From Planctomycetes bacterium RIFCSPLOWO2_12_FULL_50_35 (GTDB lineage: Bacteria > Planctomycetota > Brocadiia > Brocadiales > Bathyanammoxibiaceae): 49,613 nucleotides of DNA. The stretch is taken from contig MHZB01000009.1 in the NCBI GenBank assembly GCA_001828605.1, positions 1 to 49,613 on the forward strand, read 5' to 3'. How positions within the stretch are numbered: position 1 is the stretch's first letter; each line of letters opens with the position of its first letter. The position numbers were made by a program, and so were the translations under genes. This document shows, piece after piece, positions 1-9,012 of the stretch. The notes under the pieces were generated by a model. That model had not been told where the DNA came from, did not search any database, and saw nothing but the letters and a program-made list of their open reading frames with translations.

Positions 1-304
1 CAGGTGCGCGCTTGTGTCTGGTGCGGAGACCAGGCGCTGCATTCTTTGGTTGCTTTGCACCCTCAGAATGGCAATCATTATACAGCGTTTTCCAGGGGTC
101 TCGCATCTTTTAATTACCTGCTCTGGTTTCTAACTGTTTCTTTATCGCAGCCAGAATCATATCCTTCGGCGGGTAGTCATAAAATTTGTCCTTCAAGAAA
201 TAAACATGAACAGTGTCAAGATATTTTTCTATTAACAGTGATTAATAGACAGAGTCTCTACGTTTTTTGGCTATTTTGGCAGTTCGGCAACAGCCTCGTA
301 CATG

Positions 305-1075
305 CTATAAAGTTATCTCTAATGCCTTTGCCAGTTTCTCGACAGCCACATCCAAGGGCAGGTGTATGAAGACGTCCGCACGGGAGTCATACCGCGTAGG
401 CTGAAGGTTTATTATGATGAGCCTGGCACCGTGTTCCTGCGCTATCCCTGGCATATCCGCCGCCGGATACACCACTAAGGAAGAACCCATTACAAGAAGC
501 AGGTCACAATTTCCCAGGGATTCAAGGGCCTTCCGGTATGCCTCCTCCGGAAGCGCCTCGCCAAACAGGACTATATTGGGTCTTATCAAGGCATGACAGT
601 CGGGGCATAAGGGAGGAAGCCGTTCCTCCGTCTCTTTAACCATCTCTTCCAGGGTAAATTCCCTTTTACATGCACCGCCGGTACACCTAGCCGTACTCAA
701 CCCGCCGTGCAATTCTACAATGTTCTTTGAGCCGGCCCTTTGATGGAGCCCGTCTATATTCTGTGTAATCACGCATTTGAGCTTACCCTCTGCCTCAAGC
801 CGTGAGAGGAAACGGTGCGCCAAGGTAGGTCGTGCATCTTGAAATCTCGGAAGGAGTTCCCTGCCAAATTCATAGAAGCCTTTGGGGTCGCTCATAAAAC
901 CCACATCTGTGAAGAGCATCATCTTAGAGGGGTCCTTCTGCCAGAGGCCTTCGTCCGGGCTGCGGAAGTCTGGGATTCCGGCCGCGGTGCTGATGCCCGC
1001 TCCGGTCAACGACACCATGGACTTCGACTCTCTTATTATGGAGGCAGCCTTTTCTATCTTCCTATCAGTATTCAA
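305..1075 (-). CDS. cobB: Sir2-family NAD-dependent protein deacylase
   Basis: GAGIS..GIPDFR, QNIDGLH, HG, Zn-ribbon CTGGAC/CPDC and GSSLVVYPAA motifs; TTG start overlaps the cobO stop. Confidence 0.95.
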   Translation of the reverse strand: MNTDRKIEKAASIIRESKSMVSLTGAGISTAAGIPDFRSPDEGLWQKDPSKMMLFTDVGFMSDPKGFYEFGRELLPRFQDARPTLAHRFLSRLEAEGKLKCVITQNIDGLHQRAGSKNIVELHGGLSTARCTGGACKREFTLEEMVKETEERLPPLCPDCHALIRPNIVLFGEALPEEAYRKALESLGNCDLLLVMGSSLVVYPAADMPGIAQEHGARLIIINLQPTRYDSRADVFIHLPLDVAVEKLAKALEITL

Positions 1076-1583
1076 CCCCAGGTCTCGCCCCGATGCCGTC
1101 TTTATAGTAATGCTTTACGGCCCGTACCTCGCTCACCAGGTCTGCCACCTCGACCACCTGCGGATGGGCGTTGCGGCCCGTTAGGATAAGTTCCACCCCC
1201 TTGGGCCTTTCTTTTATAAGCTCCACCACCCGATTAACGTCCAGCATTTTATAATCAACAAGCATATTTATCTCGTCAAGGATTACCAGGTCGTACCGTC
1301 CCGACAGCACCGCCTCTCTTGCCTTCTCAAAACCCTTCTCCGCCAGCACCGTATCTTCAGAAGTGGGGTTGCCGCACACGAATTTAGACGACCCAAAACG
1401 CTCGATGGTAACGTTCTCCATCTTTCCCAATATCTCTATCTCACCACTTCGTCTTCCCTTGAGGAACTGGATAATAAGCACCATCTGCCCGTGCCCCAAG
1501 GCGCGTACGGCCTGACCCATGGCTGCAGTGGTCTTCCCCTTTCCGTCACCTGTGTACACCTGTACCCTTCCTACCCTTTTCAT
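1065..1583 (-). CDS. cobO: Cob(I)yrinic acid a,c-diamide adenosyltransferase (CobO/BtuR family)
   Basis: YTGDGKGKTTAAMG, QFLKG, DLVILDEI, ELILTGR and KHYY..G..ARPGVEY motifs. Confidence 0.95.
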   Translation of the reverse strand: MKRVGRVQVYTGDGKGKTTAAMGQAVRALGHGQMVLIIQFLKGRRSGEIEILGKMENVTIERFGSSKFVCGNPTSEDTVLAEKGFEKAREAVLSGRYDLVILDEINMLVDYKMLDVNRVVELIKERPKGVELILTGRNAHPQVVEVADLVSEVRAVKHYYKDGIGARPGVEY

Positions 1584-1592
1584 ACAGCGAGT

Positions 1593-1621
1593 ATCCTATC
1601 ACAGAGTACCGGTACGGGCAA
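1593..1621 (-). promoter_or_regulatory. Putative sigma70 promoter for cobO-cobB (near-leaderless)
   Basis: Minus strand TTGCCC-N17-TAGGAT with extended -10 TG; -10 ends 9 nt before the ATG; no SD. Confidence 0.45.
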
Positions 1622-1662
1622 CACTACAAAAACGGAGCACTGCATGGAAAAGAGAGGGAAAC

Positions 1663-1697
1663 AAAAAAAGCCCCAGGCACTCGTGCCTGGGGCTTTT
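1663..1697 (-). terminator. Intrinsic terminator of the Rieske/cyt b-HAO operon (possibly bidirectional)
   Basis: Perfect stem AAAAGCCCCAGGCAC-TC-GTGCCTGGGGCTTTT with a T7 run on the minus strand, about 33 nt after the HAO stop. Confidence 0.9.
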
Positions 1698-1730
1698 CTA
1701 TTTGCTCAGCTTCGCCTTTAAATAAGGCTC

Positions 1731-3470
1731 TTACTGCTGTTTCTTCCTCCTCATTAAGACGGCGGTGCCAAAGACCATACCGGCAAGGCCGGCCAATATG
1801 ACCCCGAGTGAAGGCATGCTCTTAAACCTGCCCTTCTCCTTAAGGAATTTGTCCGTGTCCTTGGCCCTCATCAGATGACGCGCCTCACTCTCGATGTACG
1901 AAATCTTCTCGAAGATCTTGGAGGACCCATACCACCAGGAGATATCCTGCTGTACGTGGGCAGTCCCTTTGTACAGGAAGGCCTTGTCACCAAACCACAT
2001 ATCCGTGTACCACCTCTCTATCTTGGAGGGGTTGTACTTTCCGGGGTAGAACACGCCGTATACGCCAAGTATAGGCCCTAACACAGGTAATTTACCCTTT
2101 GTCTGCTTAATGGCGTTGAATACCGGCTCGCCAAGCAGTCCCGGTCCGAGGGCGTCTGCAACCACGTCTCCAAGCGGGAACGGGTCTCTTTCCTCCGGGC
2201 CCGGATCGAGGGCGCCGGCAGCAATCACGTCCTCAATGACCTTCTGCGCCCTATCCTGGAGGCCCCAGACCTGGAACATAACGTCATCGAGATTCTCCAG
2301 ATACAGCCTGCCCCAGCGAGGGCTGTGGCAGTTGGAGCATACCTCTATCCATTTCTCCCTCTTCTTCTTACTCTCCGGACTGTATACGTCCAATTTATAG
2401 TTCAGCGGTGGGAGATTTACGCCGTAAGGATAGTCCTTAAGCGACGACTTGAACTCAACGCCTTTCGGAGGCACAGTGCCCATGCGCCAGATACCCTTTG
2501 ATACGGTGTTATGGGTATATTTCCCGTCAACAGAATACATGTGGCAGAACTGGCAGGTGGGGGTACGATAAGTCTCGCCGGGAACCACCTCTGAGAGGGG
2601 CTTTTCAAAGTCCCACTCATGGCCTTCCATGTGATAGATGTAGCCCATCTTGGACTCACCGTAGGACTCGGCATCCGGGTGGTCATAACCCATGTGACAG
2701 CTCATACATGCCTCAGGCTTCCTGCCCTCGGCTGCACGGAAGGCGTGCCTTGTGTGGCATATATCACACTTCTCCGAGGCAGCGTGACAATAGTCACAAC
2801 CAAACTGCAGCTGGCCGATCCCCATCCTGTACAGTTCAGGGTACCAAGGGACTATAACGTTGGCCTCGGTAGTCTGTGGATGGTTCGGTCTGCCGTAATC
2901 CTTTTCTGACAACCACTCGTTAACCTGCTGAACGTGGCACTGACCGCAGTGCTGGGAGGCGGGCATATGGAGTTCCTTATGGTCCTTCCCATGACACCAG
3001 CTGCAGTCAACCTCCTCAAGCTCTTGATTTAAGCGTTTCTCTATATCCTTGGTTTTAGTGGCAAAGTAGTCATTCTTCTTGGGATGGGCATGGGTTGATT
3101 CCCTCCAGTCTCTGACCAGACCGGGAGTTACCTCCTCGTGGCACTTAACGCACTCGTTTGCCTTGTACTTCTGCAAGAGCTGGTCGTAATAAGTGCCATC
3201 CGGCTTTACATAATGCCTGGTTGGCATCCAATACATGTGCATGGCCGGCGGCTTATAAAAGTCCATCCACGGCCCGCTGCCCTTCTCGAGGCCGACATAC
3301 TCCTCAAACCACTTCTTGAGGGTATCATTATCGTAGAGTTCGTTAAGCTTTTCCTGCGATGCAGGCTGTGGCAGCTTGTACCCCTCCTCTGCAACCGCAA
3401 GAGTTCCTCCGGGTAACCCTACGAGCAGGGAAAGAATTAACATTGCTCCTAAAGGTCTTATAAATCTCAT
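1731..3470 (-). CDS. Hydroxylamine oxidoreductase-like octaheme cytochrome c (reductive type), C-terminal membrane anchor
   Basis: 8 CxxCH motifs (CVKCH, CSWCH, CGQCH, CDYCH, CDICH, CMSCH, CQFCH, CSNCH), CH-TRH-F, GYDH, PTCQFCH, WRMG; N-terminal signal peptide; start moved to ATG 3470 behind SD AGGAGAGG. Confidence 0.92.
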   Translation of the reverse strand: MRFIRPLGAMLILSLLVGLPGGTLAVAEEGYKLPQPASQEKLNELYDNDTLKKWFEEYVGLEKGSGPWMDFYKPPAMHMYWMPTRHYVKPDGTYYDQLLQKYKANECVKCHEEVTPGLVRDWRESTHAHPKKNDYFATKTKDIEKRLNQELEEVDCSWCHGKDHKELHMPASQHCGQCHVQQVNEWLSEKDYGRPNHPQTTEANVIVPWYPELYRMGIGQLQFGCDYCHAASEKCDICHTRHAFRAAEGRKPEACMSCHMGYDHPDAESYGESKMGYIYHMEGHEWDFEKPLSEVVPGETYRTPTCQFCHMYSVDGKYTHNTVSKGIWRMGTVPPKGVEFKSSLKDYPYGVNLPPLNYKLDVYSPESKKKREKWIEVCSNCHSPRWGRLYLENLDDVMFQVWGLQDRAQKVIEDVIAAGALDPGPEERDPFPLGDVVADALGPGLLGEPVFNAIKQTKGKLPVLGPILGVYGVFYPGKYNPSKIERWYTDMWFGDKAFLYKGTAHVQQDISWWYGSSKIFEKISYIESEARHLMRAKDTDKFLKEKGRFKSMPSLGVILAGLAGMVFGTAVLMRRKKQQ

Positions 3471-3510
3471 AAATACCTCTCCTTTTAAACTTCTATTCTT
3501 ATTCCCCATA

Positions 3511-4575
3511 TTATTTCCTCAGCCAAGCCTCAGAAGGTGGAATCTTTTCCGACTCTGTCAAGAGCCTGGAGTACTCGGTAAACCACCAATCTCCGGTCGT
3601 ATCCCGTTCTTTATAGTACTCCAACCTCATCTCGTGGTGCCGACTTATGTGACATTCAAAACATACATTGTAAGGGCTGTTAACGCGGGCAATCTTTTGG
3701 CCCTCTTGAGCCTTACCGACGTCCATAAAGTAGCTGTAAAGTTCCCCGGGGCCATGACACGCCTCACAGGTCACACCAGCTTCTGAATACTGTCCAGTCT
3801 TTGCATCATACCCGGTTGTGTGACACTTATAACACTGCTTCCTGTACTCCTCGTTACCGTCCACAAAATCCGGGGCTCGCTTTACCCTCTCAAAGCTCGT
3901 AAACTTAGTCCGCTTCCATTGCTCAACGTGTGGGGCAGTAAGCCCGGCATGGCAGTGCAAACACTTCTTGCTGCCGGTGAATATTGCGTGCTCGCCCGTC
4001 ACGCCCAGATGTCTGAAGTTCCCCCATACCGGGGTAAGATTGGGGTCGGTTTCTTCCGGTGAGAGCTCGGTAAATTCGAGCCATAATGCAAAAACCGCAT
4101 CTGAATTTTCCATCCTCTTCTGCATCTGACGCCTGTGGGGAAACATGCCATGATGGGCTACTTCCTTCACCAGGGCCCTTCCTTCTCCTTTATGACATAC
4201 CGTACACCCGTAGACGTCGAACGGGAATTCTTTCACTATATTATGCGACGCAACCAGCTTCCTTTCGTCTATATGACAGGTCGTACACCTGTCAACCTTG
4301 TCGCCGTTTCGCTGCTGCGCCCAAGTAGCTGTGCCTTTGAGCAGGACCTGTTTTATCTCATACTTCGGGTTGCTGAACTTGGCAATTTCCTCCTGTAATT
4401 TCTCCTTTTCCTTCTCATCGGCAACGGCTACAAGCTCCTTCTCAGCCTGCTTCAGCTGCTGCGCATAGTACTCCTTCTGGTACTCCATCCATGCAGGGTT
4501 AACTTCCTCTTTTAACCACAGATATGACGACCAGAAAAAGAGGACGCTGAACAATAGGAATAATTTACGTTTCAT
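3511..4575 (-). CDS. Membrane-anchored hexaheme cytochrome c
   Basis: 6 CxxCH motifs (CTTCH, CTVCH, CLHCH, CYKCH, CEACH, CFECH), N-terminal TM helix followed by a coiled coil. Confidence 0.9.
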   Translation of the reverse strand: MKRKLFLLFSVLFFWSSYLWLKEEVNPAWMEYQKEYYAQQLKQAEKELVAVADEKEKEKLQEEIAKFSNPKYEIKQVLLKGTATWAQQRNGDKVDRCTTCHIDERKLVASHNIVKEFPFDVYGCTVCHKGEGRALVKEVAHHGMFPHRRQMQKRMENSDAVFALWLEFTELSPEETDPNLTPVWGNFRHLGVTGEHAIFTGSKKCLHCHAGLTAPHVEQWKRTKFTSFERVKRAPDFVDGNEEYRKQCYKCHTTGYDAKTGQYSEAGVTCEACHGPGELYSYFMDVGKAQEGQKIARVNSPYNVCFECHISRHHEMRLEYYKERDTTGDWWFTEYSRLLTESEKIPPSEAWLRK

Positions 4576-4594
4576 TGCAACTATCCGTTCTCTA

Positions 4595-5329
4595 CTAAAT
4601 ATTAATCCAGGGTGTCTGTAAAACGTATTTCATGTTTAAGCCGAGCCTCAGTACGCTCTTTACCACCGTACCAATCATGACCAGCAGGAGAAACATGGTG
4701 ATGCTGTACCTTACAGGGCCGAGCTCCTGATACCAACTCCTCCACCTCTTGGTGGGATAGTACATGCCGCCGCCAAAAAACGCCAAGAGCATCAGCAGCC
4801 CTAACGCCCAATGAGGGCTCCACAACGGCGGGGGTGTGGGGAAGTCCAATGTCCACTGTTCCCAGGGCCAGAACCAGGCCCAGAAGGGACCCCTGCAATA
4901 AACCCCAATGATAATCAAGACATACCAGTATATAAAACCAAACGTAAACACAGTTATTGCAAACTTCCTCTCAGAGAATATATAGTAACCGCTGCCCTTG
5001 GGGTTGGTATCAATGTAAGGTATAAGCATCAGCCCAAAAATGATGAACATGGGCAGGACAACCCCAGCAAACCAAGGGTCAAAATAGACCAAGACCTCCT
5101 GAAGTCCGAGGAAGTACCAAGGAGCCTTTGCCGGGTTTTCCGGTTCTCCGGGGTTGGCCAGCTCTCTTAATGGGGCATCTACGTAATAACTATAGAAGAA
5201 GATAATAACCAAAAAGAGTAAGCCGCACAGAAATTCCTTGGCCACTAAATTGGGCCAGGTGTGTACCTTCTCTTGTTTAACTTTAGTTTTCGAATCTTCT
5301 TCTTTAGTAATAACTTCTGCAGCGGACAT
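4595..5329 (-). CDS. Cytochrome b/b6 C-terminal subunit (subunit IV-like) of a Rieske/cyt b complex
   Basis: HTWPNL, ANP..PENPAKAPWYFLGLQE (Qo-motif variant), P-YID-NP, several TM helices; start at ATG 5329 behind SD AAGGAGAGG. Confidence 0.88.
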   Translation of the reverse strand: MSAAEVITKEEDSKTKVKQEKVHTWPNLVAKEFLCGLLFLVIIFFYSYYVDAPLRELANPGEPENPAKAPWYFLGLQEVLVYFDPWFAGVVLPMFIIFGLMLIPYIDTNPKGSGYYIFSERKFAITVFTFGFIYWYVLIIIGVYCRGPFWAWFWPWEQWTLDFPTPPPLWSPHWALGLLMLLAFFGGGMYYPTKRWRSWYQELGPVRYSITMFLLLVMIGTVVKSVLRLGLNMKYVLQTPWINI

Positions 5330-5352
5330 ATTTTTCCTCTCCTTCTCCGACC

Positions 5353-6126
5353 CTATAGCTGTCCCGAGAATCCGTCCTTCCTTACACGCCAAAAGTGCAG
5401 CATTATTAATCCCCCTGCCAGACTAGGAAGAGCTATACAGTGCCAGACATAGGCACGGAGGAGCGCGGGCGCCTGAATGGACGTCCCGCCCAAAAGTGCA
5501 AAGCGTATATCGTTATCAATGGTAAAACCGAATAAATCGGCAAACGGACCTTGATAGCCTGCAAACGGTGTAGCCCCGGCCATATTCGTCCCAACCGTTA
5601 TGGCCCAGTATCCCAACTGGTCCCAAGGCAACAGGTATCCGGTAAAACTCAAGAGCAATGTGAGAACCAGGAGCACCACGCCGACAACCCAATTGAACTG
5701 TCTTGGGGACTTATAAGCACCCGTTAAAAACACCCTCAACATATGGAAGCATACCGTAATCACCATGGCGTGACCTGCCCACCGGTGGGTATTCCTCAAA
5801 AGCCTGCCAAACGGTGCGGCATTATTACTCAGGTCGATCATATCGGCGTAGGCGCGGTTTACATCCGGTGTATAGTAGAACATCAACAATATGCCCGTCA
5901 GGGTTTCGAACAAAAATATGAAGAAGGTCAAACCACCCAGGCAGAAGGTATAGCTTATGTTTAAGCTCTCTTTCCTCACGGTAGGCGGATGTATGTGCAT
6001 CCACACGTTGCCTACTATCTGGAGCACACGGTTTCTGGGCGTGTCTTCGTAGCTGTGCCGGAATACGGACTTCCATATCTCGTTTCCTGTAATTAACTCT
6101 ATAACCTTCTTCAGGTCGGGGATCAT
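5353..6126 (-). CDS. Cytochrome b6-type N-terminal subunit
   Basis: CLGG (heme ci Cys), heme-ligating His pairs HRWAGH..FH and [18 protein letters not shown]. Confidence 0.95.
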   Translation of the reverse strand: MIPDLKKVIELITGNEIWKSVFRHSYEDTPRNRVLQIVGNVWMHIHPPTVRKESLNISYTFCLGGLTFFIFLFETLTGILLMFYYTPDVNRAYADMIDLSNNAAPFGRLLRNTHRWAGHAMVITVCFHMLRVFLTGAYKSPRQFNWVVGVVLLVLTLLLSFTGYLLPWDQLGYWAITVGTNMAGATPFAGYQGPFADLFGFTIDNDIRFALLGGTSIQAPALLRAYVWHCIALPSLAGGLIMLHFWRVRKDGFSGQL

Positions 6127-6138
6127 GCCCTACTCCTT

Positions 6139-6636
6139 CTAAATAGTCAGCACCGTAACGCGCTCTATTATTGTGCTCGTATCTACCATAAGTTTACCGT
6201 CGTCGGACAGGTGCATGTCGAAGTGGAACAGGGGTCTGGGCGCCGGTCCCGCAAAGTTCACCCCGTCCTTATAATATTTACTCCCGTGACACGGACATTC
6301 GTATATACCCTTCTCCTCCGTCCAGTGCACGGCACACCCTAAGTGCTGGCATACCATAGAGATGGCGCTAAAATTATTACCTTCCCTAACGATGAATACC
6401 CTCCTGGCCTTAAGGGTCACGACACCGTGGTCCGGAAAGTCAGCGGGGTATCCCACCGGAAACTTCTTTGAGGGTTCAAAAAGCACCTTGGGAAAGAAAA
6501 ATCCCGTAAAGCTAAATGTCTTGGCCATAAACGCCAGTGTCGTACCAAGGAATATGGTCCACCCGGCATATGTGAAAAAGCCTCTACGGCTTGTCCATGT
6601 GCTTGCTGTAACCTCTGTTTTCTCTACCTCTGCCAT
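6139..6636 (-). CDS. Rieske 2Fe-2S subunit with Tat signal
   Basis: SRRGFF twin-arginine motif, CQHLGC and CPCHGSKY boxes, GPAPRPL. Confidence 0.95.
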   Translation of the reverse strand: MAEVEKTEVTASTWTSRRGFFTYAGWTIFLGTTLAFMAKTFSFTGFFFPKVLFEPSKKFPVGYPADFPDHGVVTLKARRVFIVREGNNFSAISMVCQHLGCAVHWTEEKGIYECPCHGSKYYKDGVNFAGPAPRPLFHFDMHLSDDGKLMVDTSTIIERVTVLTI

Positions 6637-6704
6637 ATTTTACTCTCCAATCTTAACCCCTTAAAATACGCCCCAAGGGATTTAGCACGCTAAGGCTAGT
6701 CAAA

Positions 6705-6719
6705 ACAACGCAATTGCCA
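6705..6719 (-). promoter_or_regulatory. Possible sigma54 (-24/-12) promoter of the Rieske/cyt b-HAO operon
   Basis: Minus strand TGGCA-ATTGCG-TTGT (GG-N10-GT), about 70 nt upstream of the Rieske ATG; -12 deviates from TTGC. Confidence 0.3.
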
Positions 6720-7055
6720 TACCATTTTCCTGCCTGTTTTGGGAATCCAAACGAGATTGCCGCCGGCTTATCTGTGTTTCTATAGTAACTAAAACAAACG
6801 ACTTAAGAAAATGGTCAAAATCAGAGAAATAGTCTCTAAAACGAGTCTTTACCGATGCGTGTTACCTACAATAGACAAGGGTAGTGGCATAAAACACAAG
6901 TTCACTTTTACCAAATAGTTATATTAGTACACCTGAGTATACACCTCTGTGTACCCAAGTGTGCGCCCGGTAACAGGTAAATATGTTTGCAATCAACTGC
7001 ATATTGGACTATCTTGGGTTTGGAAACCAGACTGCCCACATTTATAGGAGCAAAA

Positions 7056-8849
7056 TTGGCAAACGATAAACCGTCCGGGGTGGAAGGACATCGCTTTTCT
7101 CCCAGACCAAACCAGGCCCATCTTATCAGCTGGAATCATTGGGGCGACGACGCCTTTGACACCGCGAAAAAGGAGGATAAACCCGTTTTTCTGAGTATAG
7201 GCGCAACGTGGTGTCATTGGTGTCATGTCTTCGACGAGACTACGCTGTCAGACCCGGAGGTAATCGAGCTCCTTAACCGGGATTTTATACCCGTGAGAGT
7301 GGATGCAGACAAGAACCCGCATATACAGAACCGCTACCTGGCAGGTGGCTGGCCGACAAGCAGCTTCCTTACACCCACCGGCAACATCATCGTCAGCGGC
7401 ACCTACATGCAACCCGACGATTTTAAAGAGCTGGCCCAGAAGGTAAGCAAATACTACGCTACCCATAAAGGGGAACTCTACGCCAACATTGCCCAATCAA
7501 AGGTCAAAAAGAGTATAGACAGAGAGAGTCAACAGACGCCAGAAGGTGAACCTACGGAAGAGATACCAATCCGGGTGGTCGGCTCCATAAAAGGCATGTT
7601 TGACTCCATCCACGGAGGCTTTGGCAACGAACCAAAGTTCCCCCAGTCGGAAGTCATTGAACTGCTGCTTACAGAATATCACATGAGGGACGACAAAGAA
7701 CTCCTGGATATAGCGACTAAGAGCTTGGACAGTATGATGAGAAGCGAACTCTGGGACAGGGCAGAAAAAGGGTTCTTCCGCTACTCCACCAGGCCGGACT
7801 GGTCGGAACCCCATTACGAGAAGATGCTGGAGGGCAATGCAGGACTCCTTAAAGACTACCTGCTTGGCTACCAGGTTACAGGCCAAGAGGCCTACCGAGA
7901 GATCGCAGAAGGCATCATCTCGTATATTGACGCCAACCTGTCTTCACCCGATGGTGGTTTCTACGGAAGCCAGGACGCGGACGAAGAGTACTATAAAATG
8001 GATGCCGACGACAGAAAGAAAAAGAGTCCTCCTAAGATTGACACGCACATCTACACAAACTGGAACGGTATGATCATATCTCAATACATACGCGCCTACC
8101 AGGCACTCGGCCGAAAGGCATATCTGGACAGGGCCGTTAACGCTATAAAACATCTCACGGATAAGGCGCACGAAACCGGCGCTGGTATGTACCACTACAT
8201 AACAAACGGTGAGGCGAGGCTGAAGGGTTTGCTGGCGGACCAGGTTTATATGGCAGATGCCCTGATTTCCGCCTACGAGACCACTTCCGACAGAAAACAC
8301 CTCGAAACGGCAATTGACATCATAAACTGCACGATTAATAAATTGTGTGACCAACGTAAGGGAGGTTTTTTCGACATCCCCGAAGAGTCCGCCCGTATAG
8401 GAAATCTAACCTTTAGGGAAAAACCCCTTATAGAAAACGCCCAGACCGTACGGGTCTTGAACAGACTTTTCTATCTCACGGGAAAAGAGGACTTCCACAG
8501 GCTTGCAGGCATGGCCCTAAAGGTTTTCTTTAACATATATTCGGACTACTCCATACAGGCGGCAACCTATGCCCTTGCGGTCAGAGAATACGTTAAGCAC
8601 CCAATTGCGATCAATATTATAGGCCCCAAAAAGGACCCGCGGACGTTGGCCCTGCATAATGAGGGCATAAAGATATTCCTGCCGTGGAAGGTTATTCAGG
8701 TACTGGACGCCGAAAAGGACCCTCTTACAGTAGGTCCTATAACATATCCTGCTGCGGATGAACCCTCTGCCTACGTATGCGGAGAAGGGACGTGCTCCCC
8801 GCCCCTGCACGGCGTCAAGGAACTGAAAAACTTCATAAAGAGGAAATAA
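7056..8849 (+). CDS. Thioredoxin domain-containing protein, YyaL/SSP411 family (thioredoxin-like plus alpha/alpha toroid)
   Basis: WCHWCH, GGWP, GGFG..PKFP, GFFRYS...W..PHYEKML, GGFYGSQDAD; TTG start at 7056 behind SD AGGAG. Confidence 0.9.
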   Translation: MANDKPSGVEGHRFSPRPNQAHLISWNHWGDDAFDTAKKEDKPVFLSIGATWCHWCHVFDETTLSDPEVIELLNRDFIPVRVDADKNPHIQNRYLAGGWPTSSFLTPTGNIIVSGTYMQPDDFKELAQKVSKYYATHKGELYANIAQSKVKKSIDRESQQTPEGEPTEEIPIRVVGSIKGMFDSIHGGFGNEPKFPQSEVIELLLTEYHMRDDKELLDIATKSLDSMMRSELWDRAEKGFFRYSTRPDWSEPHYEKMLEGNAGLLKDYLLGYQVTGQEAYREIAEGIISYIDANLSSPDGGFYGSQDADEEYYKMDADDRKKKSPPKIDTHIYTNWNGMIISQYIRAYQALGRKAYLDRAVNAIKHLTDKAHETGAGMYHYITNGEARLKGLLADQVYMADALISAYETTSDRKHLETAIDIINCTINKLCDQRKGGFFDIPEESARIGNLTFREKPLIENAQTVRVLNRLFYLTGKEDFHRLAGMALKVFFNIYSDYSIQAATYALAVREYVKHPIAINIIGPKKDPRTLALHNEGIKIFLPWKVIQVLDAEKDPLTVGPITYPAADEPSAYVCGEGTCSPPLHGVKELKNFIKRK

Positions 8850-8968
8850 CGCAGGGACTCGCCGCAACGTGTCTCCACTGCATGACCTCCGGACAAGGCC
8901 GTCCCTGGTTCAGTTGCAGGGGCGCCCCTGCATTGTTTCCTGCCGGCCATTGAGAGTGGATTTAGTAA

Positions 8969-8998
8969 TTGACAATGGCAACCATGTAGACTTAGAAT
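8969..8998 (+). promoter_or_regulatory. Putative sigma70 promoter for the Fe-S gene-ahbAB unit
   Basis: TTGACA-N18-TAGAAT, ending 14 nt before ATG 9013. Confidence 0.6.
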
Positions 8999-9012
8999 AA
9001 AGTTTTGCCGCA

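Noticed and set aside
206-219. FNR/CRP-like dyad ATGAA-CAGT-GTCAA
   Set aside because: Only a partial match to TTGAT-N4-ATCAA, and the regulated gene lies outside the window
4-369. 121-aa plus-strand ORF at the left edge
   Set aside because: No recognisable motif, runs through AT-rich intergenic-looking sequence and overlaps the 3' end of the sirtuin gene; a minus-strand gene may start near 78 but is cut off by the window edge
1584-1730. Cobalamin riboswitch upstream of cobO
   Set aside because: The space holds only a promoter and a terminator; no B12-box is visible
8850-8935. GC-rich dyads after the YyaL-like gene (TGCAGGGGCGCCCCTGCA)
   Set aside because: Probably decayed REP remnants; no U-tail and too degenerate to assign
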